In this document: positions 1 through 9,864 of the stretch, in pieces | Position numbering within the stretch: position 1 is the stretch's first letter | Layout: every line of letters starts with the position of its first letter | Assembly: GCA_018701105.1 (NCBI GenBank) | Contig: JABIWD010000062.1 | Span: 1 to 63,265 of the forward strand | Origin: Candidatus Uhrbacteria bacterium | GTDB lineage: Bacteria > Patescibacteriota > Patescibacteriia > UBA9934 > UBA11717 | Direction: 5' to 3' | DNA length: 63,265 nucleotides | Notes under the pieces: generated by a model | What the model saw: only the letters and a program-made list of their open reading frames with translations | Databases searched by the model: none | What the model was told of the DNA's origin: nothing | Position numbers and translations under genes: made by a program

Positions 1-267
1 GAACTTCTCGTCCGAGAGTCCGTGACGCACCATGAAACCGCACCCCTCCTTCGGATCGCCCCACTGCTCATCGTCGGGCCCATCTTCGGGCGCGTCGCTG
101 GGCAGATCGTCGAACCGCTCGTCGAGTTCGTCGTCGAGCTCACCGAGGAGCTCGTCCGACATCTCGGGGCTCTGGGCGATGCTCCGAAGCGGAGTCTCTG
201 AGTTGCAACCCAGGCTGAAGATGAACAGGAGAACGGAAACAATCCGCGAAATAACGATAGGCTTCAT
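1..267 (-). CDS. putative secreted lipoprotein, C-terminus beyond window edge
   Basis: Reverse-strand ATG at 267 gives MKPIVISRIVSVLLFIFSLGCNSETP..., a signal peptide plus SLGC lipobox, followed by a D/E-rich linker. The frame stays open to nt 1 and G/C-ending codons dominate. The + ORF 32..403 is its low-complexity antisense shadow. Confidence 0.55.
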   Translation of the reverse strand, partial: MKPIVISRIVSVLLFIFSLGCNSETPLRSIAQSPEMSDELLGELDDELDERFDDLPSDAPEDGPDDEQWGDPKEGCGFMVRHGLSDEKF

Positions 268-505
268 ACCCACTCCAGTACTCGACTGCCTACATGGCAA
301 TCGGTCATTTTTGACTCGTCAATATAGCACAAAAATGCTCCCTTGTCAAGATAGTAATGTGCAAATCCTACTGAGATTAGCCAAAATTTACAACCGCTCA
401 TAGTCACACTACAACTCTGTCATTGTTCACAATCCACTACCATATGAACACCCTGGGCAAGGCTGTTTTATTAATAAAGCTACCTAGACAACTTGCTATT
501 CAGCA

Positions 506-2622
<2,117 letters not shown>

Positions 2623-2630
2623 AAAAATGC

Positions 2631-2656
2631 CCCTCCGCAGCCCGCGGAGGGTTTTC
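2631..2656. terminator. intrinsic terminator between convergent gyrB and 2671..3360
   Basis: CCCTCCGC (2631-2638) pairs with GCGGAGGG (2644-2651), followed by TTTTCGTTT. An A-run lies on the other side. Confidence 0.7.
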
Positions 2657-2670
2657 GTTTGTTCGGCGCG

Positions 2671-3360
2671 CTAGAGCGTGCCGATTGCTTCCAGGAAGCC
2701 GGGGCCAAACGCGTGGCCGTCGCTCGCCCAAACAGTCAACTCGTCACCCTCCCACCGGACGTGATACACGCCAGAGTCACCTTCGAGCTGGTAATCCATG
2801 CCTCGCAGATTGGCCGGCAAGGCAATCGCTGGCGATCGGAACGGGGTCACTTCCATACGACTGACCCTCATGCGCTTGCCTTCAAGCAGCAATTCGATCT
2901 CCCGAACGTTGTCCGTCTGGTGGTCGATGTTCTCGACCATGTCCGCACTCTCAGCTCCCAAGTACTGCCTGCACATACGATCAACCGGTACTTGCAAAGC
3001 GCTCATGCGCACACCCGCGATCTTGTCGTGACCAGAGAGGATCTTCAACAAGAATGCGATGCCGCTGCTGCCGGACCACTTGCCATCCCCACCCGCAGGT
3101 CCGCCTGTCATCAGCGGCTTGATCCTCAAGCGGCCCTGAAACCACGCGACTGTGTAGCAAGTTCCGTAGAACTTGAACATCACGTAGTCAGGAGTAACGA
3201 CGAAGTTGAACGACGCGCCGAAGTACACCTTTGCCGCCTCGATCCTTGCGGTCAGCCCGGTGATGTCGCCTCTTCCGCGATGCACCTGAAGCAGCTCCAG
3301 GATCGGGGGACTCTCCGCGACTTCTTCTTCCTCTTCGACAACCAGATCGGCTTGCGCCAT
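2671..3360 (-). CDS. hypothetical protein (GC-rich orphan)
   Basis: I chose ATG at 3360 (M44 of the track ORF), preceded by GGAGAG. The protein MAQADLVVEEEEEVAESPP... has balanced composition. The same-boundary + ORF 2659..3378 starts at a TTG inside the gyrB terminator tail and is R/H-rich, so it is a shadow. Confidence 0.55.
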   Translation of the reverse strand: MAQADLVVEEEEEVAESPPILELLQVHRGRGDITGLTARIEAAKVYFGASFNFVVTPDYVMFKFYGTCYTVAWFQGRLRIKPLMTGGPAGGDGKWSGSSGIAFLLKILSGHDKIAGVRMSALQVPVDRMCRQYLGAESADMVENIDHQTDNVREIELLLEGKRMRVSRMEVTPFRSPAIALPANLRGMDYQLEGDSGVYHVRWEGDELTVWASDGHAFGPGFLEAIGTL

Positions 3361-3470
3361 GGTCTCTCCAAAGTCTGAAATGTGTATGAGTTGCCACCAC
3401 GGCAAATCGATGTGAGGATAGCGGATCGGAGCGGAAAAGTCAATCATAACGAACAATCCACAACTTTTGT

Positions 3471-3501
3471 AAAAAAATAGCGCCCCCAAGATGGGGGTCG
3501 C
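3471..3501 (-). terminator. intrinsic terminator after 3504..4016
   Basis: GC-rich hairpin at 3480-3501 (GCGCCCCC...GGGGGTCGC) followed on the minus strand by a T7 run (plus-strand A-run 3471-3477). It starts 2 nt after the stop codon. Confidence 0.5.
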
Positions 3502-3503
3502 GT

Positions 3504-4016
3504 CTAGATGTCGGCGAGGTACCGGAACAACTCGGCGCTGATCGGTCCTCCGGGGTCGCTGAGATTCATGATGAGCAGGTTCTCGTTTCGATCGAGCGAG
3601 TACCGCACACCATCAATGCGAATGATCTGGGGACCGTTCGGCCGCTCCACCAGAACGTCTGGCGCATCTTCCGGCGCTTCCACACCGTAGATCATGATCT
3701 GCATCAAGAGCCGAAGATTCCTGTTGGACTCATCGCCGACCGGCTCGATCAACAGGCCGAGACCGATATTTCGCAGATGCCACTGGTAAACCTTCTGCAC
3801 AATCGTCAGCTTTGCACCGAACCTTGGCGGCCCAGCGTGATCATCTCCCGTAATCAACTCGGGCTTCCTAGCCAAGAACCCAAACGGCAGCTCCGACTCC
3901 GGATCTTCGTTCAAGGCAATGATCGCAGCACCAACTTCCTGCCGAACACCTTCGAGATCTGTAGCAGTGCCACCTGTCACCGTACGCCTGAGCGCATTCA
4001 CGATTCGCGATTCCAT
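3504..4016 (-). CDS. hypothetical protein (GC-rich orphan)
   Basis: I chose ATG at 4016 (M21 of the track ORF) with AAGGAG about 10 nt upstream. No recognisable family. Confidence 0.55.
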   Translation of the reverse strand: MESRIVNALRRTVTGGTATDLEGVRQEVGAAIIALNEDPESELPFGFLARKPELITGDDHAGPPRFGAKLTIVQKVYQWHLRNIGLGLLIEPVGDESNRNLRLLMQIMIYGVEAPEDAPDVLVERPNGPQIIRIDGVRYSLDRNENLLIMNLSDPGGPISAELFRYLADI

Positions 4017-4144
4017 CACGTGCGTTCTCCTTTTCATTGAACGCGACGAGAGTAACATAATCACGCTCATTGTCAACCATTTTAACTAAAATTGGCCGTA
4101 TTTTACCACTATTCCGAGAGCTTGACCTGATCCACCCCAAACAT

Positions 4145-4173
4145 TTGACATTTTCCCCTATTTATCCTAGTAT
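4145..4173 (+). promoter_or_regulatory. candidate promoter of secE-nusG
   Basis: TTGACA (4145-4150), 17 nt spacer, TAGTAT (4168-4173). Confidence 0.5.
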
Positions 4174-4224
4174 ATGCGCGAAAGCTCCCCATCCACGGCG
4201 GGGTTTTTAGATACAAAGAAAACT

Positions 4225-4416
4225 ATGGCAAACATCTTAAAAACGACCGCGGCGTATATCCGTGGATCAATCGAGGAGTCACGAAAAATCACCTGGCCAA
4301 CGCGCAAGGAGACTTTCCGTTATTCCGCACTCGTGATCATTATCACGATCCTTACAGCCGGCTTCTTCGGAGGCATGGACTACATTTTCGCGACGCTGCT
4401 TAAGCTCGTCGTCTAG
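4225..4416 (+). CDS. secE: preprotein translocase subunit SecE
   Basis: A 63 aa single-TM protein (KITWPTRKET..., C-terminal TM) directly upstream of nusG, which is the canonical context. Start taken at ATG 4225 rather than the track start 4174. Confidence 0.8.
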   Translation: MANILKTTAAYIRGSIEESRKITWPTRKETFRYSALVIIITILTAGFFGGMDYIFATLLKLVV

Positions 4417-4450
4417 CTAATTCTCATCGTTCTTTTCTAAACACCATTGT

Positions 4451-4999
4451 ATGGCAAAACAAACCGCCAACCTTGGACGTCGATGGTACGCTATTCACAC
4501 ATACTCCGGTTACGAGGAGAATGTGAAGAATAACCTTTTAACGCGTACAGATTCGATGGACATGGAGGAATTAATCTTCAACATCATTATTCCAAAGGAG
4601 AAGAAGATTAAGATTAGAAACGGAAAGCGCAAAGTCGTGGAAGAAAAGATCTACCCCGGCTACGTAATTATCGAAATGATAGTGAACGACGAGTCTTGGT
4701 ACGTTGTGCGTAACACACCAAACGTGACAGGATTCATTGGAACAGGAACAACCCCTTCCCCTCTTTCCGAAGAGGAGGTTGCAGCGTTGCAAAAACGCAT
4801 GGGAGTTCATGAGCCAGAGTTTACAATCGATGTCTCAGTGAATGACGCTGTGAAGATCATCGATGGTCCGTTTAAAAACTTTGAAGGAAAGGTCAGCGAG
4901 ATTGACGAAGCACGAGGTAAAGTTAAAGTGCTCGTTAACATGTTCGGCCGTGAGACTCCAGTGGAGCTCGACTTCCTTCAGGTAACACCAGCAGAATAA
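4451..4999 (+). CDS. nusG: transcription termination/antitermination factor NusG
   Basis: WYAIHTYSGYEENVK NGN motif, C-terminal KOW (VKIIDGPFKNFEGKV). Sits in secE-nusG-rplK-rplA synteny. Confidence 0.95.
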   Translation: MAKQTANLGRRWYAIHTYSGYEENVKNNLLTRTDSMDMEELIFNIIIPKEKKIKIRNGKRKVVEEKIYPGYVIIEMIVNDESWYVVRNTPNVTGFIGTGTTPSPLSEEEVAALQKRMGVHEPEFTIDVSVNDAVKIIDGPFKNFEGKVSEIDEARGKVKVLVNMFGRETPVELDFLQVTPAE

Positions 5000-5056
5000 A
5001 GTAATTAATCCAGTCGAAGTTGCCGCATCGCGGAATCTTCTATAAAGAAAAGACTT

Positions 5057-5488
5057 ATGGCAGAAAAGAAATTACTCACACAGATCAAGCTTCAGATTCC
5101 TGCAGGACAGGCAAACCCAGCTCCACCAGTTGGACCTGCGCTTGGACAGCACGGACTTAACATCCAAGACTTCTGTTTGCAGTTTAACAACGCATCAGCA
5201 GACCGCCGTGGAGACATTGTTCCAGTTGTGATCAATGTTTACGAAGATCGATCATTCGACTTCGTGATGAAGACACCACCTACGTCTTCCCTAATCAAGA
5301 AGGTATTGAACCTAAAGAAGGCTTCAAGCAACCCTCTCTTGAACAAGGTCGGTAAACTTACACGCGCTCAACTAGAAGAGATCGCGAACAAGAAAATGCC
5401 AGACCTTAACACCAATGACCTAGAGGCAGCTGTAAAGATTGTTGCGGGTACAGCGCGTCAGATGGGAATTGAGTCAGAACTCTCATAA
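5057..5488 (+). CDS. rplK: 50S ribosomal protein L11
   Basis: [24 protein letters not shown] hallmark sequence. 143 aa. Confidence 0.97.
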   Translation: MAEKKLLTQIKLQIPAGQANPAPPVGPALGQHGLNIQDFCLQFNNASADRRGDIVPVVINVYEDRSFDFVMKTPPTSSLIKKVLNLKKASSNPLLNKVGKLTRAQLEEIANKKMPDLNTNDLEAAVKIVAGTARQMGIESELS

Positions 5489-5556
5489 GAACACACACCT
5501 ATAATAATTCGTGGGAGTGCGGCATGATCGTACGTTTGAACCACTAACATATACAT

Positions 5557-6258
5557 ATGGCCAAGGCAGTTATAAAGAAAGGCGGAAAACGAATGAAGGA
5601 GCAGAACGCAAAGCTGGATGCTGGTCGCGTGTACACACAAGAGGAAGTTGTAGCGCTCGCACTTGATACATCAGCTGTGAAGTTTGATGCTTCTGTGGAG
5701 GTTCACTTCCGACTAGGGATCGACCCTAAAAAGGGAGATCAGCAGATTCGCGGAACAGTTACCCTTCCCCACGGTTCAGGAAAGACAAAGCGAGTTATTG
5801 CTTTCGTTGATGAGGGAAAGGAACAGGAAGCAAAGGATGCTGGAGCAGATATCGTTGGAGACGTGCAGATGATCGCCGAGATCGCACAGAAGAAGAACAT
5901 CGACTTTGACGTTGCTGTTTCAACTCCAACAATGATGCCAAAGCTTGGAAAGATCGCTCAGATCTTGGGGCCAAAGGGGCTAATGCCAAACCCAAAGACA
6001 GATACAGTTGGGAAAGATATTGCCGAGATGATTAACGAGCAGAAAGGTGGAAAGATCGCCTTCAAGAACGACGCCACTTCAAACGTGCATGTCGCAATCG
6101 GAAAAGTTAGCTTTGGAGCCGACAAGATCACAGAGCACCTTACTATCATAGTCGACGCTATCAAGAGAGCGAAGCCTGCGACTGCTAAGGGGATCTACGT
6201 AAAGTCAGCAACAATTACAACATCAATGGGACCTGGAATACGGTTCTCAGTAGAGTAA
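5557..6258 (+). CDS. rplA: 50S ribosomal protein L1
   Basis: 233 aa. FDASVEVHFRLGIDPKKGDQQIRGTVTLPHG is typical of L1. Confidence 0.97.
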   Translation: MAKAVIKKGGKRMKEQNAKLDAGRVYTQEEVVALALDTSAVKFDASVEVHFRLGIDPKKGDQQIRGTVTLPHGSGKTKRVIAFVDEGKEQEAKDAGADIVGDVQMIAEIAQKKNIDFDVAVSTPTMMPKLGKIAQILGPKGLMPNPKTDTVGKDIAEMINEQKGGKIAFKNDATSNVHVAIGKVSFGADKITEHLTIIVDAIKRAKPATAKGIYVKSATITTSMGPGIRFSVE

Positions 6259-6272
6259 GTTATCGAGTAAAC

Positions 6273-6361
6273 GTCATCCTGAGGAGGAACGACGTGAGGA
6301 TCTCATACTTCTAGAGAGTACCGCAGAACAATGAGATTCCTACGTTGCCACTCAGAATGAC
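6273..6361. repeat. MITE/REP-like inverted-repeat element, copy 1
   Basis: Arm GTCATCCTGAGGAGGAACGACGTGAGGATCTCAT (6273-6306), 24 nt spacer, arm ATGAGATTCCTACGTTGCCACTCAGAATGAC (6331-6361). The whole unit recurs in reverse orientation at 44120..44209 and, expanded, at 33566..33716. Confidence 0.8.
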
Positions 6362-6389
6362 GTCTACCTGAATTGTCCATTTGAAATTA

Positions 6390-6424
6390 ACACCCCCGGG
6401 TCTGTTGACCCTGGGGTGTTTTTG
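6390..6424 (+). terminator. intrinsic terminator after rplA and the repeat
   Basis: ACACCCC-C-GGG / CCC-T-GGGGTGT hairpin followed by TTTTTG. Confidence 0.7.
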
Positions 6425-6481
6425 ATTCCATCGATTGACACTCCCCTTAAGTTGGGCTAATGTCGAATCCTAGGAGGTAGC

Positions 6482-7201
6482 GTGAATACAGCACCAGAAC
6501 GATGGTTCCTGGTTGCTGATGGCACCGGGGCACCTATTAGTAGACTTGTTTGTAAGAGGATGGACCCAAGCTCGCTCCCGCGGGTTGGAGTGGTCCTGAA
6601 TCCGCTACAATCAGATGTAGGGGTTTGTGCGGGACTGATTAGCAAGGAAGCGTCGAGACTACTCGGAGCTATTGCCATGGAGTCAGAGGCCCTAGGCCTC
6701 AAGAGGCAGATGGCACGATACGGCAGCATGATGGTCATGGTCGCAATGGAGGGAGACACATTCCAGCAGAACGTCTTGAGTGCACGCAGTTGTACCGCGT
6801 TCCTCCCGAAGACAGATTCGGGGCTGATCTGGCTAATCACGTCGTCGAGCCTGTTCAGGAATCTGCCAGAGGAGACGACACGAGTCGCTCCCTTCGAGCG
6901 CGATGAGCTGCTGCACCACCAGATCCAGCTGTCGGCGCCAAAGCCAGAGGACCTGATCTCCATCGCATCTCCGAGCGGAATCGGATACACGATGCTTCGT
7001 AGACGCGAAGACGTTGAGTACATCGCAGCCGTCATGGGACCCATCGTGTCGGAACTGCTGACTGGATTCCACTTCTTGTCTATGGAGGCTGGCCAGCCCG
7101 TACCGACATTCGAGGCTCTGAAGTCCTTGCTGGAGGAGGTCTTCTTGCTCGGACGCAAATGGGCAATGCATGGCATAGTGGAACCAAGGATCAACAGATG
7201 A
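6482..7201 (+). CDS. hypothetical protein (GC-enriched orphan)
   Basis: GTG start with AGGAGG 6 nt upstream. TTGACA-N17-TAATGT lies upstream (about 6434-6462) and a + oriented terminator lies downstream. The competing minus ORF 6457..7314 is Ser/Arg-rich and runs through the dcd promoter. Confidence 0.6.
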   Translation: MNTAPERWFLVADGTGAPISRLVCKRMDPSSLPRVGVVLNPLQSDVGVCAGLISKEASRLLGAIAMESEALGLKRQMARYGSMMVMVAMEGDTFQQNVLSARSCTAFLPKTDSGLIWLITSSSLFRNLPEETTRVAPFERDELLHHQIQLSAPKPEDLISIASPSGIGYTMLRRREDVEYIAAVMGPIVSELLTGFHFLSMEAGQPVPTFEALKSLLEEVFLLGRKWAMHGIVEPRINR

Positions 7202-7225
7202 CCACACCCAACAACGCAACAAAAT

Positions 7226-7250
7226 CGCCCCTTCTCGGGGCGTGCTTTTT
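7226..7250 (+). terminator. intrinsic terminator after 6482..7201
   Basis: CGCCCC (7226-7231) pairs with GGGGCG (7237-7242), then TGCTTTTTT. Confidence 0.65.
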
Positions 7251-7254
7251 TATA

Positions 7255-7263
7255 TGGTAAAAT
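7255..7263 (+). promoter_or_regulatory. extended -10 element upstream of dcd
   Basis: TGGTAAAAT, 22 nt upstream of the dcd ATG. Confidence 0.4.
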
Positions 7264-7285
7264 GCTTTCATACTGTGGATAACTT

Positions 7286-7936
7286 ATGGCAATACTGACA
7301 CGAAACGACATCAAAAAAGAGATCTCGGAGGGAAGATTAGCCTTCTCTCCCCCACTGGATCAATTCCAAATGCAGCCCCACGCAATAGACCTGCGACTTG
7401 GGACAAAGTTTATGATTCCAAAGTCTTGGGAGATAACAGAAAAAGGTCGGGCCGCTATCAAGGTCGCGATCGATGCTGAAAGCTCAGATAGCGAATATAA
7501 CCAGATCGACCTTAAGCCAGGTCAATACTTTGAGATACTGCCAGACGAGTTCGTGATCGCTACGAGTCTAGAGAACATCACGCTCAAATCACCAAACCTC
7601 ATGGCGATCCTGTTCCCAAGAACAAGTACGAATCGCCGAGGACTGAACCTGTCGCTATCGGGAATCATCGACACTGGATACGAAGGAACGCTGATCTTCC
7701 CCATAAAGAACGAAACCAACCAGGTAATCCGCATCTACCCCGGTGAAAGAATCTGCCAGATCATCCTGCAAGAACTCTCTGGAGATCTTACGCCGGAAGA
7801 AGCGAACTTGCATGGAGCGCAGGAGGCAAAGTATACGGAAGGATCGAGCGGATCGTACAAGCTCGACAAACAAGAAGAACGCGACGCCATAATCGCCGGA
7901 AACCTAGATTCACTCAAACAAAGCCACCACATATGA
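7286..7936 (+). CDS. dcd: dCTP deaminase (dUTPase superfamily)
   Basis: N-terminus MAILTRNDIKKEI..G.L...P and the GIIDTGYEGTL motif are typical of Dcd. Heads the dTMP operon. Confidence 0.85.
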   Translation: MAILTRNDIKKEISEGRLAFSPPLDQFQMQPHAIDLRLGTKFMIPKSWEITEKGRAAIKVAIDAESSDSEYNQIDLKPGQYFEILPDEFVIATSLENITLKSPNLMAILFPRTSTNRRGLNLSLSGIIDTGYEGTLIFPIKNETNQVIRIYPGERICQIILQELSGDLTPEEANLHGAQEAKYTEGSSGSYKLDKQEERDAIIAGNLDSLKQSHHI

Positions 7937-8415
7937 ATCGACCAGACTGGGACACATACTTCATGAACATCGCGAAGGTCGTAGCAACTCGTGGAACATG
8001 TGATCGCGCGCACGTGGGTGCCGTAATCGTAAAAGACAATCGCATCATCACAACCGGCTACAACGGATCGCCCCCTGGTATGGAGCATTGCAGCGACATC
8101 GGGCACCAGATGGAAGATGGACATTGCATAAGAACACTGCACGGTGAAGAGAATGCAATCTTGCAAGCGGCGATCATCGGCGGGTCGAGCGCAAAAGGGG
8201 CAACTCTCTACACAACTCACAGCACTTGCTACCAATGTCTCAAAAAAGCGATCAGTGTCGGCGTGACCCGTATCGTTGCCGGAATGCTTTACCGAGATCC
8301 AACAGTTGGTGAGATCTGCAAGAAAGTCGGCATCGAACTCGTACTTCACGGAGCGCCAGCCGATCAACTCCTAGAGAACATGTCGGTCGTGCAGCCTAAC
8401 GAAGTCACGTCGTAG
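7933..8415 (+). CDS. dCMP deaminase (ComEB/cytidylate deaminase family)
   Basis: Zinc motifs H(G)EENAI and TCYQC. WDTYFMNIAKVVATRGTCDRAHVGAVIV. ATGA overlap with the dcd stop. Confidence 0.85.
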   Translation: MNRPDWDTYFMNIAKVVATRGTCDRAHVGAVIVKDNRIITTGYNGSPPGMEHCSDIGHQMEDGHCIRTLHGEENAILQAAIIGGSSAKGATLYTTHSTCYQCLKKAISVGVTRIVAGMLYRDPTVGEICKKVGIELVLHGAPADQLLENMSVVQPNEVTS

Positions 8416-8422
8416 AAAAAAG

Positions 8423-8468
8423 AACTTCCATAAATTGAAATTTGCCCAATTGCCCAGTTGAAATTGCC
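8423..8468. repeat. GGCAAATTTCAATTT-family intergenic repeat, copy A
   Basis: AACTTCCATAAATTGAAATTTGCCCAATTGCCCAGTTGAAATTGCC. Its reverse complement is about 90% identical to 45747..45791 and contains 30531..30564. Confidence 0.75.
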
Positions 8469-8487
8469 AGACATGGCCTAGAATCAT

Positions 8488-9306
8488 ATGAAACAATACC
8501 TTGAGCTTCTTCAAAACATCCTTGAGAACGGCGAGGAGAAAGGCGACCGCACAGGTACCGGTACGATCTCGATATTTGGAACACAGACAAAATACGATCT
8601 TCGCGACGGATTCCCGCTCGTAACCACAAAGAAAGTAAAGTTCGAGGCTATCGTGCGCGAGCTACTGTGGTTCATCCATGGCTGCACAAACATCAACGAC
8701 CAAGACCTCACAGACCACACGCCAATCTGGAACGCGTGGGCCGACGACGACGGTGAGCTTGGTCCTATTTATGGTTACCAGTGGCGAAACTGGGAGAGGT
8801 TCACTTGGAACGAGGAGACCAAGGGCTACGACAAAAGCCACGTCGATCAGTTGATGAACGTGATTGATACTTTGAAAACTAATCCGGAGTCACGTCGCAT
8901 CATCATTAGCGCATGGAACGTTGCGGATGTACCACGAATGAATCTGCCGCCATGTCACGCGTTCATGCAGTTCTATGTTGTAAACGGCCGACTCGACTGC
9001 CAGCTCTACCAACGGTCAGCTGACACAGCGCTTGGGGTTCCCTACAACATCGCGAGCTACGCCACGCTGATGCATATCATTGCAATGGAGTGCGATCTCG
9101 TACCCGGGATCTTCACACATACACTCGGTGACGCTCACATCTACTCAAACCACATCGAAGGTATCAACAAGCAGCTCGCGCGTACTCCACACAAGCTGCC
9201 AGAGCTCAAGATCGTCAAAAAACCAATACTCGACCTTACAATCGACGACTTCATGCTAGAAAACTACACACACGACAAATACATTAAATTCAAAGTTGCA
9301 GTCTAA
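8488..9306 (+). CDS. thyA: thymidylate synthase (ThyA, canonical)
   Basis: [13 protein letters not shown]...[12 protein letters not shown]...[20 protein letters not shown]...GDAHIYSNH. Confidence 0.97.
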   Translation: MKQYLELLQNILENGEEKGDRTGTGTISIFGTQTKYDLRDGFPLVTTKKVKFEAIVRELLWFIHGCTNINDQDLTDHTPIWNAWADDDGELGPIYGYQWRNWERFTWNEETKGYDKSHVDQLMNVIDTLKTNPESRRIIISAWNVADVPRMNLPPCHAFMQFYVVNGRLDCQLYQRSADTALGVPYNIASYATLMHIIAMECDLVPGIFTHTLGDAHIYSNHIEGINKQLARTPHKLPELKIVKKPILDLTIDDFMLENYTHDKYIKFKVAV

Positions 9307-9827
9307 TGGACAAAAATCTCTACATCATTGCAGCCGTCGATAACAACAATGGCATCGGCAAGGACGGAAAACTTCCGTGGCATTTCAAAACAGAGATGGC
9401 TCACTTTAAAAGTGTGACGACTAAGACAGAGGATCCAAACAAAAAGAACATGGTGATCATGGGTCGGACTACCTGGGAGTCGATCCCAGAGTCTTTCCGA
9501 CCATTACCGGAACGAGTAAACGTCGTGCTCACGAGACGAGCTGAATACGAGGCTGAAGGAGCGTTAGTGGCGAACTCGTTCGAGCAAGCTCTCGAGCTCG
9601 CAGATGACAACGTAGAGAATATATTCGCAATCGGTGGAATGGACATCTACTCAGAAGCCATGGAACGCAAAGACCTTTCCGGTATCTACCTCACTCGTAT
9701 CGACAATGTTTATGATGTGGATACGTACTTCCCTGGCATACCGGGAGATTTTTCAGACATGACGCCTCTGGGTGCCGATGAGGAGGACGGGGTGGATATG
9801 CTGTATATGTTGCTCAAACGAGCATAA
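9306..9827 (+). CDS. folA: dihydrofolate reductase
   Basis: IAAVDNNNGIGKDGKLPW, MGRTTWESIP and GG..IY motifs. Its start overlaps the thyA stop. Confidence 0.9.
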   Translation: MDKNLYIIAAVDNNNGIGKDGKLPWHFKTEMAHFKSVTTKTEDPNKKNMVIMGRTTWESIPESFRPLPERVNVVLTRRAEYEAEGALVANSFEQALELADDNVENIFAIGGMDIYSEAMERKDLSGIYLTRIDNVYDVDTYFPGIPGDFSDMTPLGADEEDGVDMLYMLLKRA

Positions 9828-9864
9828 GCTGTCCACAAGCTCAAAACGAATCTAACTGCTATAA

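Noticed and set aside
32-403. + strand ORF of 123 aa, Ser-rich (SSSSSSSSPRSSS)
   Set aside because: It is low-complexity and is the antisense shadow of the minus-strand lipoprotein gene that starts at 267. It has no SD and runs into the AT-rich gyrB upstream region.
2659-3378. + strand 239-aa ORF overlapping 2671..3360
   Set aside because: It starts at a TTG inside the tail of the gyrB terminator. Its composition is Arg/His-rich and unprotein-like. It shares codon boundaries with the minus-strand gene, which is the typical open antisense frame of GC-rich genes.
5489-5556. Ribosomal protein L1 autoregulatory leader between rplK and rplA
   Set aside because: A GGGAGUGCGG-like stretch is present. 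I could not fold a convincing mimic of the L1-binding 23S site by eye, so the support is too weak to call.
6457-7314. - strand 285-aa ORF opposite 6482..7201
   Set aside because: It is Ser/Arg-rich. It extends across the + terminator, the dcd promoter and into dcd. The + ORF has a perfect AGGAGG SD and correctly oriented promoter and terminator.
7934-7936. Alternative genetic code (UGA = Gly/Trp as in some CPR lineages)
   Set aside because: TGA terminates dcd at a normal length. No conserved gene in the window needs an in-frame TGA to be read through. All long housekeeping ORFs are intact under the standard code.
8423-8468. Could the AT-rich GGCAAATTTCAATTT repeats be a CRISPR array?
   Set aside because: The copies are single and dispersed tens of kb apart, in both orientations. 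They lack regular spacer-repeat periodicity, and no cas genes are present.
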